In this document: one piece after another, positions 42,460-51,418 of the stretch
How positions within the stretch are numbered: the first letter of the stretch is position 1
Layout of the letters: each line of letters opens with the position of its first letter
Made by a program: the position numbers and the translations under genes
Notes under the pieces: generated by a model
What the model was told of the DNA's origin: nothing
The model's database searches: none
Seen by the model: the letters and a program-made list of their open reading frames with translations, nothing else
DNA from: an uncultured Gemmatimonadaceae bacterium
Lineage (GTDB): Bacteria; Gemmatimonadota; Gemmatimonadetes; Gemmatimonadales; Gemmatimonadaceae
Direction of reading: 5' to 3'
NCBI GenBank assembly: GCA_963822945.1
Contig: CAWGJO010000043.1
Coordinates: forward strand, 1 to 55,106
DNA: 55,106 nt

Positions 42460-43239
42460 CTAGGACCCGATACCGCGAGCGAGCGTCGCCAGGCGCAGAG
42501 TCCGCAACGGCGGTGCCCCGTCAGTTGGTGCTGCACCTCCGGGATCTGTTGCAGGAGGCGCGGTCAACGGTTCAGCCGATCGGTTGAGCGCCCCCTTCAT
42601 GTCCGGCTTGCGCTTGGCGAGCCATCCGATTGCCGCGCCGAGAATACCGGCTGTCAGAACCGCAAAGTGTGTGGGCCCGCCCTGCACCGACTGCAATCCG
42701 AAGACGAGGTGAATCAACAGCTCGGCGGCCTCGAATGCAGCGAAGCCCATGAGGCCGACTTCGGCGAGCCGAGCTTTGAGCCTGCGCGCGATGCCCACCC
42801 CCATGATGGAACCGACGAGAATCGCGGCCTCCATCGCTTGCCACCCAAAGTTCGTCGCGACCCTTGTGACCAGGAACGTGAAGACCCAGAAGAGCGTGAC
42901 CGCGACGGCGTTCGACACCACTGCGTCGCCAACGCCGGTTCTCCGCGTGTCAGCGCCACGTAGTCGGTGCCAGAACCGGCTGACGACATTGGAGGGCTTA
43001 TCCCTCGCTGAGTCGGCTTCGCCTGCGACCGGCGTACGCGCCAACGCACTGAGCTCGCGAAATGCCGCATCGAAGGCCTGTGCCGAAATGCCGGCCTCGC
43101 GCGCGATATCACGCAGTTCCGCGATCGTGGTCTCGGACCCGCGCGAGTCATCGAGCTCGATGGCCCGGGCAAGAAGCCGGTGGGCGGAGTCCTCCGACAG
43201 GCGCACGAGCTCGGCATCGGACAACGGTTCATGAGGCAT
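42460..43239 (-). CDS. Membrane protein (LRDIAREAGI N-terminal motif, ~4 TMs)
   Basis: RBS GGAGG; motif similar to the 12742-13420 gene. Confidence 0.65.
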   Translation of the reverse strand: MPHEPLSDAELVRLSEDSAHRLLARAIELDDSRGSETTIAELRDIAREAGISAQAFDAAFRELSALARTPVAGEADSARDKPSNVVSRFWHRLRGADTRRTGVGDAVVSNAVAVTLFWVFTFLVTRVATNFGWQAMEAAILVGSIMGVGIARRLKARLAEVGLMGFAAFEAAELLIHLVFGLQSVQGGPTHFAVLTAGILGAAIGWLAKRKPDMKGALNRSAEPLTAPPATDPGGAAPTDGAPPLRTLRLATLARGIGS

Positions 43240-43288
43240 CGTCTCACCCTCCGGCCATGGGGTTGTGATCCGGCCATTGCGTATGGCG

Positions 43289-43399
43289 TCCTGCGGCCGC
43301 GGCGCCCTGCTGCGGCGTTCTATAATAACTGCGGCCCGCGAGCGCAGCGTGCCGGCCGCTTCATCAGCCCACGCCGCCGGCAGCACGGCCTCGTTCGTC
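43289..43399 (-). repeat. attC, long family (R' degenerate)
   Basis: Family body conserved, GTT core lost. Confidence 0.8.
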
Positions 43400-43488
43400 A
43401 GCGGCAAGCCAACGGTCCAGCGCACCAGACGGACCCTGTGGCGGTCCAATCTGCAACGCCGTGGCTCTGAGAATGTCAATCCGACTCC

Positions 43489-43890
43489 CTATCCGGCTCC
43501 CATGACGTCCTGGAGCTTCGCCGTATCGACGTACTGCTGAAACCTGGTCACCTTGCCGTCTTTAACGTCCCAGACGTGGCAGACCTGCGCGTCCATGCCC
43601 TTCCCGGTCGCCTTGTACGTTCCGGTATAGCGGGCTTCGACGATGACGCTATCGCCGGCACTGTGAAACGACTTCGGATGGACGGAGAAGCCGTCCCACT
43701 CCGCCCCTAGTTTCACGAACAGATTGTTCAGCACGGCGTCCGGGCCTACCCAGGCCTCGCCGCTTGGCATGTAAGGGTTGCTCTCCGCCTCATGCCAGTT
43801 GATGGCCGGGCTCATCGCCCCGAGAACGGTCGGCATATCTCCGCGACCAAACGCATCGTAGAGATTCTTCAGCAGGTTTACGTTGTCCAT
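43489..43890 (-). CDS. SnoaL/NTF2-like cassette protein
   Basis: LYDAFGRGD, KDGKVTRFQQYVDT. Confidence 0.85.
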   Translation of the reverse strand: MDNVNLLKNLYDAFGRGDMPTVLGAMSPAINWHEAESNPYMPSGEAWVGPDAVLNNLFVKLGAEWDGFSVHPKSFHSAGDSVIVEARYTGTYKATGKGMDAQVCHVWDVKDGKVTRFQQYVDTAKLQDVMGAG

Positions 43891-43998
43891 GCTCCCTCCT
43901 CGGATGTGAATTGTTGCCCACCTGTCGACCGCCGATGCCATTCACACGCACCGCGGACTGCTCTCAGGCCGGCCCATAGGAGCGTAGTTCGATGGTCT

Positions 43999-44070
43999 GG
44001 CCAACGCCTGAGCTCAGCCGCCGGTAGCCCGCGTAGCAGGATGATGGTCGGCTGCAGCGATTTGTTGGGC
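43999..44070 (-). repeat. Canonical short attC (72 bp)
   Basis: GCCCAAC-AAATC-GCTGCAGC-CGAC...GCTGAGC-TCAGGC-GTTGGCC. Confidence 0.85.
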
Positions 44071-44598
44071 ACCACCGCCCACTTGCGCGAGAATGAATGC
44101 CACGCGCTCCTGAACCGAAACCTTGGGCAGGACACAAGCTTCATACCCTGATTGCAGATACGCTGCAATTGTTGGCCCATAGGATTTGGCTGCCCTGTCG
44201 AAGCTATGTGTGCGCTCGTGGTCGCACACATAAATATCGGGCCACGGTTCTGCCACGAATATCGTACTGGCATAACGGCACGATGCAGCCGTTTGGCAAT
44301 TCGGCTCGCCTGGATCCAGGAACCGTAGCCATTCGGGGATGCCGCGATCAAAGAACACAGGTGCCTGGAGAGATTTGGCCGCTGCATAGTCCTGGATGCT
44401 GCGAGCAAGAACGGCTTTCATGAACGCAATGCGATCCGTTGCAGGGAGGATTTTGCCGTTGCACTCCAACTGTTCTCGCATGACGGCTAGGGCTGCTTCT
44501 GGAATGGTGGAATATCCAAGATCGTCCAGCGCAGCTATGAGGGTTGATTTGCCAGCTCCAGACGCGCCGGTGATGACGTAAAAATGTTGGCTACTCAT
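44014..44598 (-). CDS. AAA_28-type ATPase cassette protein
   Basis: ITGASGAGKST, FFDRGIP. Confidence 0.8.
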   Translation of the reverse strand: MSSQHFYVITGASGAGKSTLIAALDDLGYSTIPEAALAVMREQLECNGKILPATDRIAFMKAVLARSIQDYAAAKSLQAPVFFDRGIPEWLRFLDPGEPNCQTAASCRYASTIFVAEPWPDIYVCDHERTHSFDRAAKSYGPTIAAYLQSGYEACVLPKVSVQERVAFILAQVGGGAQQIAAADHHPATRATGG

Positions 44599-44613
44599 GA
44601 TGCAGGTTCTGGC

Positions 44614-44724
44614 GCCCAACGCCGCGACGCGCTGCGGCGGCGCCCTATCATAATCACGGCCAGCGAGCGCAGCGAGTCGGCCGCTTCCAACGCCCGCACC
44701 GGCGGCAGCGGCGCCTCGCTAGGT
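44614..44724 (-). repeat. attC, long family
   Basis: + strand gcccaac...gctaggt. Confidence 0.85.
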
Positions 44725-44922
44725 TGGCCGCCCACCTGACCGACGTTCCCCATGCTTCCGCCAGTACGTGAGCCCAGCCAACCCGATACCCGCGCCAATC
44801 GCTCCCGGCCAGGAGATATGCGAGGACCAACCCAACTGCATGCTGATGGCTTCCAGCCCCACAAACACCAGAAAGGTGAATACGCCAGCACGGATGGCGT
44901 TCAAGCCATAGAGTGTCTGCAT
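44719..44922 (-). CDS. Small two-TM cassette protein
   Basis: RBS GAGGTG; stop in R''. Confidence 0.65.
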   Translation of the reverse strand: MQTLYGLNAIRAGVFTFLVFVGLEAISMQLGWSSHISWPGAIGAGIGLAGLTYWRKHGERRSGGRPT

Positions 44923-44950
44923 TCACACCTCGATGCGGAGATCGGTGCCA

Positions 44951-45062
44951 ACCTAACGCCGCGGCAGCTCTGCTGCGGCGTCCTATCATAATCGCGGCCC
45001 GCGAGCGAAGCGAGCCGACCGCTTCCCTACCCCACGCCGGCACCAGCAGCGCCTCGTTAGGG
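44951..45062 (-). repeat. attC, long family
   Basis: acctaac...gttaggg. Confidence 0.9.
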
Positions 45063-45078
45063 CGCCGGCCTGCGTGAC

Positions 45079-45351
45079 TCAGTTTGGGCGGCCCGGGCGA
45101 TTCCACAGCATGCCGCCCGCCGGAGCAGTCAGGTCAGCGATACCGCTATCGAGGACCACGTGCACCACGCGCCCGTTCACTGTGGCCGTGGGCCTCCTGC
45201 CCTCGATCGCCTTCGCCCGGAGAAAGATCACGCGCAACTCGGCGGGGCTCACCCAGCGTAGGTCCACCCCGTAGGCGCTGCCGGACCGCAGGGCTCCGTA
45301 GAGGGACACTACCGGCTGGCTACCGGGCGGGATCGCTCGGCCGGGGCGCAC
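45079..45351 (-). CDS. Hypothetical cassette ORF (possibly 5'-damaged)
   Basis: Only sense-strand ORF filling this cassette. Confidence 0.4.
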   Translation of the reverse strand: MRPGRAIPPGSQPVVSLYGALRSGSAYGVDLRWVSPAELRVIFLRAKAIEGRRPTATVNGRVVHVVLDSGIADLTAPAGGMLWNRPGRPN

Positions 45352-45402
45352 GAGGAAGAGCCCGAGCTGTCACCACCCTGTCCGTCCTCTATATGCGGTG
45401 CG

Positions 45403-45466
45403 CCCTGACCCGCCGGTTCAGCGGCGGCCCGCCCAACGCACCGTACGCCGCAACCGGTTGTGAGCC
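45403..45466 (-). repeat. Canonical-type short attC, degenerate cores
   Basis: GGCTCAC-AACCG-GTTGCGGC...GCTGAAC-CGGCGG-GTCAGGG. Confidence 0.7.
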
Positions 45467-46432
45467 TCAGCCTTCCCGACCATGGGCTTGCTGCTCGGCA
45501 CGGCGGTCCCGGTACCAGGAGATCGTGCGATCGATGGCGACCGGTATCGGCGTGGCAGACAGGCTGAACTGGCGCTCGAATCGCGACGAATCGACCACGA
45601 ACGGCGCGGTGAACTCGTACATCATCTCAACGCTGGCGCGCACGACGGGGATGAACAGCCCGACCACGCGCATCATGAGCGGTGACACCGTGCGTATCCC
45701 CGGTTCGACGCCAAGGACTCGACAAGCTTCCTCGACCATTTGGCCCTGCGTTCTGGCGGGGGCATGCGGTGGAATCCACACCTGACCGAGGGCCTCATCA
45801 TGCGTGCCCAAGGTGGCCGCCCCGAGGCCGACGTCCTCGATATACGCGAAGGAATGCGGCATCGTCGACGACCCACTCAGTTCCGCCTTCTTGCCGGCGA
45901 CCAGATTACCGAACACCCTGTCGCCCAGCGCCGACGCGGTCACACCAGGTCCGAAGTAGTCGCTCGAACGCAGGGCAGTCGCGCGGACGTCGCCGCGCGC
46001 GTGAGCCGCCATGACCTCCTCTGCCATCTTCTGGCGCAGCGCCCCCTTCCTTGACACCGGTGCTACTCGCGAAGCCTCGGTCATCGGTATCGTGGAGTCA
46101 TACATGTAGAGATTTTCAATCGACACGTACCTGGCGTTCGCGGTTTTTGCGGCGGAGAGCGCGGCGGTCTGCAGGGCAGGGAAGAACTCGTGCCAGCGGT
46201 GATACGGGGGATTGAGTGCTTGGTAGACAACAGTCGCTCCGGTGGCCGCCGCCACAGCCTGAGCAGGGTCTGCGACGTCGGCCTTGGTCACCTCGACATC
46301 GGTCGGCATCAGGTCTGGCCGAAGTCCGCTTCGATTCACGGCGCGCACGGCGCGCCCCTGGCCCCGCAATGCCCGCGCCGTCCAACACCCCACCGGGCCG
46401 GTTCCGAAGATCACGTGCAACTCGGCAGACAT
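45467..46432 (-). CDS. NAD-dependent epimerase/dehydratase family
   Basis: VIFGTGPVG, ENLYMY, HSFAYIED. Confidence 0.85.
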   Translation of the reverse strand: MSAELHVIFGTGPVGCWTARALRGQGRAVRAVNRSGLRPDLMPTDVEVTKADVADPAQAVAAATGATVVYQALNPPYHRWHEFFPALQTAALSAAKTANARYVSIENLYMYDSTIPMTEASRVAPVSRKGALRQKMAEEVMAAHARGDVRATALRSSDYFGPGVTASALGDRVFGNLVAGKKAELSGSSTMPHSFAYIEDVGLGAATLGTHDEALGQVWIPPHAPARTQGQMVEEACRVLGVEPGIRTVSPLMMRVVGLFIPVVRASVEMMYEFTAPFVVDSSRFERQFSLSATPIPVAIDRTISWYRDRRAEQQAHGREG

Positions 46433-46460
46433 GAGTCGTTCTTCTCCAATCCGGGTTCGA

Positions 46461-46570
46461 GGCTAACGCCACGGCGCTCTGCTGCGGCGTCCTATCATAA
46501 TTGCGACGCGCGAGCGTAGCGAGCCGGCCGCCCTCTCACCCCACCTGCCTGCAACAGCGCCTCGTTAGCG
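46461..46570 (-). repeat. attC, long family
   Basis: ggctaac...gttagcg. Confidence 0.9.
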
Positions 46571-46587
46571 AGCGGCCGCTCACCGTG

Positions 46588-46782
46588 TCAGCGCACCAGC
46601 CTCCACATCCAGACCAGGATGCCCATGATCGCGGCGATAAGAATCAACGTGAGGACGAGCTTGGCCAGGCCCTTGACGAGCTTCCACACACCGATGAGGA
46701 CAACCAGCGCTATAGCGGCGCCGACGGCCGTCGGCACGGGATGCGCCGCGAACTGCGATAGAAGCACCTGCACCGGTATCAC
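46588..46782 (-). CDS. Small two-TM cassette protein
   Basis: Hydrophobic 64-aa ORF. Confidence 0.6.
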   Translation of the reverse strand: MIPVQVLLSQFAAHPVPTAVGAAIALVVLIGVWKLVKGLAKLVLTLILIAAIMGILVWMWRLVR

Positions 46783-46836
46783 CTCGCTCGCTTACGGCAA
46801 CGGCACCGCACCGCCCATCGCCCAAAGCCGTCGCGT

Positions 46837-46947
46837 CGACAACGCCGCGGCACACCGCTGCGGCGTCGTATCATGATTGCTTCCGGCGAGCGCAGCGAGT
46901 CGGCCGCCTCCCCACCCCTCGCCGCCACCAGCCGCGCCTCGTTGGAT
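46837..46947 (-). repeat. attC, long family (diverged)
   Basis: cgacaac...gttggat. Confidence 0.8.
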
Positions 46948-47280
46948 CGCCGGCGCAAGGCACTTCAAGATGAAATCCATCCCAAACGCGTCATCCCCAT
47001 GCCCAAGGCCATCGCGATCAGTGCAACGAGCGCGATTCGAAACCACACGGCCCCCATGCGGCCCTTTCCCCTCCACCCGGGCCCGGTGCCGAAGAGAATG
47101 CCGAGGCCGACGCTGAGTCCGATTTCCTGCGCCGCGCGCCATGGTAAGACGTACGCATAGGCGAGGCGCCGGAGAACATCGTGTCATGCGAACCGCGCCG
47201 CTACGGCGGGAAAGACACCAGCGAGCTCACCCTCGTCCCACTCCGTGCCACTGGGCTCCTTCGGCTGAGTGAGCATCGGA

Positions 47281-47883
47281 TTACCCGCCCAGCGCATCCA
47301 TGTTGCCAAACGCGTACCCGCGGATGAGGACCCAGCCGACTTGGCCCTTTTCGTTTCGCACCCGGGCCCACCACGCCGTCACGGGTAGCTGGAGAAGCGC
47401 GAGGCCGCAGCTCCGAGCATCCTTGATGCACTCATCTGTGTAGAAGCTTGTGATGTCGACGTCGGTGTAGAGCTTTCCCTTGAACCAGATCTTCGAAAAG
47501 CCCTCCCCCTGATACGTCAGTAGGTACAGCGTATCCGACGGTGACCAAACCAACGTGGTGTCGTAGGCAACCTTGAATGGCCGTGTCGTGGCAACGTTCA
47601 CTTTCCCCGGTACGACGGTCCACACGGTTCCGGTGATGGCATCTACATGCTCTTTCGGCTCGATCAGGAACGCGACGGGGGTTGTGGAGTCCGGTTGGGT
47701 GTGTGCGGCAATCTCTCTCAGGGCCACCCAATTGCGGTACGAGCATCCCTCGAAGGGGCACGCCCCCGCATCCTTGTACGGAAGGGGCGGCCCCGGATCG
47801 ACCCCGGCCTGGGCGCACAGCCTTGGGGCGACGGACGCCACGGCGATCCATGAAAACAAGAGCGAGCGGATGAGACGCGTCAT
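47281..47883 (-). CDS. Secreted hypothetical protein (SH3-like C-terminus)
   Basis: RBS AGGAG, signal peptide, ACPFEGC, WWARVRNEKGQVGWV. Confidence 0.7.
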   Translation of the reverse strand: MTRLIRSLLFSWIAVASVAPRLCAQAGVDPGPPLPYKDAGACPFEGCSYRNWVALREIAAHTQPDSTTPVAFLIEPKEHVDAITGTVWTVVPGKVNVATTRPFKVAYDTTLVWSPSDTLYLLTYQGEGFSKIWFKGKLYTDVDITSFYTDECIKDARSCGLALLQLPVTAWWARVRNEKGQVGWVLIRGYAFGNMDALGG

Positions 47884-47939
47884 ATGGTGGCTCCTGCTAC
47901 TCGAAGAAGGCGCGACGCCGATACTACGTAAGGGCTGAC

Positions 47940-48050
47940 GCCCAACGCCGCCGCGCGCTGCTGCGGCGTCCCATAGTAATCGCGGCCCGCGATCGTCGCG
48001 CGCCGGCCGCCTCCGCTGACATCGTCGCCAGCAGCGCCGCCTCGTTAGAC
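47940..48050 (-). repeat. attC, long family (diverged)
   Basis: gcccaac...gttagac. Confidence 0.85.
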
Positions 48051-48233
48051 AGTGCGGGGCTCGAGCTCTTCCTTACCCACCCGCCGCTCGAGCTGCTCAA
48101 CCCGCCGCAGCAACTCCCGCTGCCGCCGGTAGACCCCGGGCGCCACAACGATCAGCCAGAGTAGCGTGCCGATCACGTAGGCGTAGAGCAGCACGACCAA
48201 GGCGGACGTTCCCCAGTGGAATATTGAAGCCAT
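48045..48233 (-). CDS. Small single-TM cassette protein
   Basis: RBS GAGGA; stop TAA in R''. Confidence 0.65.
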   Translation of the reverse strand: MASIFHWGTSALVVLLYAYVIGTLLWLIVVAPGVYRRQRELLRRVEQLERRVGKEELEPRTV

Positions 48234-48262
48234 GTCCGGTCCTCACCAAGTGCAGGGCATCC

Positions 48263-48373
48263 ACCGAACGCCGCGGCGCTCTGCTGCGGCGTTTCCTAAT
48301 AATGGCGGCAGCCACCCGCAGAGCGCCAGCCGCCACCCCAGCCTACGCCGACGGCAGTAGCGCCTCGTTAGGG
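48263..48373 (-). repeat. attC, long family
   Basis: accgaac...gttaggg. Confidence 0.85.
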
Positions 48374-48388
48374 CGCAGGCGCCCGAAT

Positions 48389-48751
48389 CTATCCACATGC
48401 ACGGCCCAAGTATCGGAAGCTCGCATCGAGTTCCGCCACACAATCGAATTCACGCGGCGATGGCATCCCCTGGGCCCCGGCCACGACGGCGTACCCACCA
48501 CCGCGGAGCGGCAGGACGACGACGGGCTCCGCATGTCCACCCGCGTCCACGGCGCCAATCGCCTCGGCCGCTCTCCGACAACTGCCCGGATCAGTCAAGA
48601 CATCGCCCCGTGCCCGATCGCCATACTTGGCGCGAAGAATCTGAGCGACAGGATTGGTGCTGGCTACACAGAGTGCCGGCTCCGGCTTGTGCACCGGTTG
48701 GCAGGCAGCAACCGCCATCACGACAATCACGACTCTCACCGAGGCAAGCAT
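48389..48751 (-). CDS. Putative lipoprotein
   Basis: Lipobox AVAAC. Confidence 0.6.
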   Translation of the reverse strand: MLASVRVVIVVMAVAACQPVHKPEPALCVASTNPVAQILRAKYGDRARGDVLTDPGSCRRAAEAIGAVDAGGHAEPVVVLPLRGGGYAVVAGAQGMPSPREFDCVAELDASFRYLGRACG

Positions 48752-48768
48752 GCCGTGCTCACGCTCGC

Positions 48769-49566
48769 CTAGCTCGCGAGGTCGTAGAGCAGTCTGTAGA
48801 AGGTCATACGCTCAACGTCCATGGGCACCCCGTACTCAGCCAGGAACAGGTCCTCGAAACCGGGACCCAAGTTCCACGTTAGGCTCCACGTTGCGACGGC
48901 GAGGTCCCACCATCGGTCTGCAACGCCCAACTCTCCAAGGTCGACGTATCCCGTCGCTCGCTCATCCTCGATGAGGATGTTCGGTAGGCAGTAATCGCCA
49001 TGGCAGACCACCAGGTCTTCAAAGCCGGGACAGGCTGATTCCAGGAGCTGGACGGCCTCAACCGGCGTCAGATGGGAGAACTCGACATGGAAGTCGCGTT
49101 GCTGGTCGATCAGCCCTGCCTCGAGCCGCTTGCGAACATGTCTAAGGGCCGCCCCTAGGCGGAAATCAAATGGGCAAGTCGCCACCGGAGCCATCTCGTG
49201 GAAGGCACGGAGGCCCCGAGCGAGGATCCGGGCAAGCGCCGCTGGCTCCTCCGTCAGCTTCGGATCCGTGGCGTCTCGGCCGGGCAGCGCGGTCGTCATC
49301 AGCCAGTCGATGGACGCCTCCGTTCCTTGGCGAACGACGCCGGGCACGGGCAGGTGGGGGTGCGCCCACCGCATGCGGTCCGCTTCACCCGCGAGAGCCG
49401 GGTAATGGCCGGCTTCGGCCAGCTTCACGAAGAACTCCGGGCCACCGCTGCGCACCAGGCGGTAGGTAACGGAATGCTGGGCGTACTGATGGGTGAGGAC
49501 CCAGTCGAAATCCGAGTAGCTTGCCTTCAGCTGCGGCGGTGGCTGCAGCCAACCCTTCTCGTCCAT
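48769..49566 (-). CDS. Aminoglycoside 3'-phosphotransferase family protein
   Basis: FFVK, E..RM.W, VVCHGDYCLPNILI, YVDLGELGVADRWWDLA, FYRLL. Confidence 0.85.
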   Translation of the reverse strand: MDEKGWLQPPPQLKASYSDFDWVLTHQYAQHSVTYRLVRSGGPEFFVKLAEAGHYPALAGEADRMRWAHPHLPVPGVVRQGTEASIDWLMTTALPGRDATDPKLTEEPAALARILARGLRAFHEMAPVATCPFDFRLGAALRHVRKRLEAGLIDQQRDFHVEFSHLTPVEAVQLLESACPGFEDLVVCHGDYCLPNILIEDERATGYVDLGELGVADRWWDLAVATWSLTWNLGPGFEDLFLAEYGVPMDVERMTFYRLLYDLAS

Positions 49567-49610
49567 ATCGCTCCCGCCACCCCCGTGCCAGATCCGTCCA
49601 TCGGACGGCA

Positions 49611-49722
49611 CTCTAACGCCGCGGCGCTCTGCTGCGGCGTTCCCTAATAGAATGCGGCAGGCGCCCGCAGGGCGCCAGCCGCCTCCCTACCTCACGCCGC
49701 CAGCAGCAGCGCCTCGTTAGGC
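49611..49722 (-). repeat. attC, long family
   Basis: ctctaac...gttaggc. Confidence 0.9.
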
Positions 49723-49950
49723 GGTCCCCGCCTTCGAAGGCCGCCAGGTGAGCGCTAGTTTTCGCCCCGATGCCGCACAGTCGCGCAGGTAGAGGTTGAT
49801 CAACGTCTGATACGGCAGCTCCGTTTCGTCGGCCAGCCCTTTGAAATACTCGACGGTCGACTGATCTAACCGGATCGTGACCGACCGCTTGAGCCGCTTC
49901 GCATAGGGATTCTTGACCGCCTTCGAGAAATCATAGTGCTTGCGCATCAT
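49717..49950 (-). CDS. brnA: BrnA family antitoxin
   Basis: YDFSKAVKNPY, VTIRLD..VEYFK, YQTLINLYLR. Confidence 0.85.
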   Translation of the reverse strand: MMRKHYDFSKAVKNPYAKRLKRSVTIRLDQSTVEYFKGLADETELPYQTLINLYLRDCAASGRKLALTWRPSKAGTA

Positions 49951-50240
49951 CGCCTCCGATCAGCATAGAGCTCCCGTTCGCTTCGGTCTGCCTTGCGCGC
50001 CGAGATGATCCGAATCACAGCGCCGTCCCGCGTTTCGCAGTGGACGACGACGAGCACCCGGAGCCCCGAACTCACGCCGAGCAAGATGAACCGTTCCTGC
50101 CCAACCGAGTGATCGGGATCGGCCACCAAGAGGGCCTCGTCGTCCTCGAACACGGTCATCGCTTCTGTGAACGACACGTGATGCTTGCGGGCGTTCTCGG
50201 CGGCTTTGACCGGATCCCAGTCGAAACGCGGCTGACTCAT
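49947..50240 (-). CDS. brnT: BrnT family toxin
   Basis: FDWDPVKA..N.RKH.VSF.EA, RIISARKA. Confidence 0.9.
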   Translation of the reverse strand: MSQPRFDWDPVKAAENARKHHVSFTEAMTVFEDDEALLVADPDHSVGQERFILLGVSSGLRVLVVVHCETRDGAVIRIISARKADRSERELYADRRR

Positions 50241-50245
50241 GCTCA

Positions 50246-50273
50246 AATGTACGTATGTTGTACGTACAGTCAA
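50246..50273 (-). promoter_or_regulatory. brnTA promoter with overlapping palindromic operator
   Basis: TTGACT-N16-TACATT 5 nt before the ATG; TGTACGTA..TACGTACA inverted repeat. Confidence 0.65.
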
Positions 50274-50292
50274 GTCTTGAGGCCCGTGGCCC

Positions 50293-50403
50293 GCCTAACG
50301 CCGCGGCGCTCTGCTGCGGCGTTCTATCATAATTGCGGCCAGCGAGCGCAGCGAGCCGGCCGCTTCCCTAGCCCACGCCGGCAGCAGCAGCGCCTCGTTA
50401 AGT
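50293..50403 (-). repeat. attC, long family
   Basis: gcctaac...gttaagt. Confidence 0.92.
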
Positions 50404-50595
50404 GCCGCGGACACCGGTTCCATCCCTGATCCCGCCCGCCCGGAGCCGCCCGAGTTCGTCGGCGATGCGCTCGTGGGCGGCTACGCCTCGCTCCATCGCG
50501 TGCAGAAAGCGCAGCACAAAGTAGATGACGAGCGCGATGTAGACGAGGGGGAAGAACAGCACCCACAGACCACCACCATTCACGTGGAAATTCAT
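50398..50595 (-). CDS. Small single-TM cassette protein
   Basis: RBS AGGAG; stop in R''. Confidence 0.7.
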   Translation of the reverse strand: MNFHVNGGGLWVLFFPLVYIALVIYFVLRFLHAMERGVAAHERIADELGRLRAGGIRDGTGVRGT

Positions 50596-50624
50596 AGCGG
50601 CTCCTAGGTAAGCGGCGGTCGTGC

Positions 50625-50735
50625 ACCTAACGCCGCGGCGCTCTGCTGCGGCGTCCTATCATAGTTGCGGCCGGCGAGCGTAGCGAGTCGGCCGCTTCCA
50701 AAGCCCACGCCGACGGCAGCAGCGCCTCGTTGGTA
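50625..50735 (-). repeat. attC, long family
   Basis: acctaac...gttggta. Confidence 0.9.
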
Positions 50736-50761
50736 GGTTGCCCGGTCCCTCGACACGGAGT

Positions 50762-51244
50762 TCAACATCTCGTCTCGCCGCGCGACGGTCGCCGAGGTCG
50801 GCAGATGTGTGTACTCCTTCCTCGGCGAGTGGGCTGTGGACCCGACGGCTTCGCATTCCTCGCACCGTGGAGCAGTCTCGCGACCTCGCGCCGCTCTCCC
50901 GCACTTAGCTCGTGGAGCAACACGCGAATGTTCCTTTCGTACAGCCGCCGCGCAAGGAGCGGCGCCTGACGCAGGAAGCTGGGGCCGGCGGCATCGAAGA
51001 GCGCGAAATGGTCGAAGGTAACGAGGGGCCCACGGCCGCCTAAGGTCGGGATCCTATGCGCCCCGATACCGATCCACGTGATGCGTCCGTCGATGCCGTG
51101 CGACGCAGGCTCGGCACCAAACCCGCCGACACCGATGACCGCCTCGAAATCCCAAGACCGGACGCGACCCATACAGTCATGGATGCCGACCAGCCATTCG
51201 TCCGGATCACCCGTATGTGTCCGCTTATAAATGAGCGTTCGCAT
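50762..51244 (-). CDS. Hypothetical cassette protein (YKRTH.GDPD N-terminus)
   Basis: RBS AGGAG, fills the cassette. Confidence 0.65.
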   Translation of the reverse strand: MRTLIYKRTHTGDPDEWLVGIHDCMGRVRSWDFEAVIGVGGFGAEPASHGIDGRITWIGIGAHRIPTLGGRGPLVTFDHFALFDAAGPSFLRQAPLLARRLYERNIRVLLHELSAGERREVARLLHGARNAKPSGPQPTRRGRSTHICRPRRPSRGETRC

Positions 51245-51275
51245 ACTCTCCTGGAATCGCGATCCTGAGCAACTG

Positions 51276-51386
51276 GCCTAACGCCGCGGCGCTCTGCTGC
51301 GGCGTCCTATCATAATTGCGGCCCGCGAGCGCAGCGAGCCGGCCGCCTCCCAAGCCCACGCCGCCGGCAGCAGCGCCTCGTTAGAC
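51276..51386 (-). repeat. attC, long family
   Basis: gcctaac...gttagac. Confidence 0.92.
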
Positions 51387-51418
51387 GGACGCGCCAAGAC
51401 TCGCACAACTGCCGCATG

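Noticed and set aside
43451..43469. gcaacgccgtggctctg resembling the R' arm of the attC family
   Set aside because: Only ~17 nt in GC-rich DNA; cannot be distinguished from chance.
47190..47285. Missing attC downstream of the 47281-47883 gene
   Set aside because: Only a weak GCTCAC/GTGAGC inverted repeat; no R boxes.
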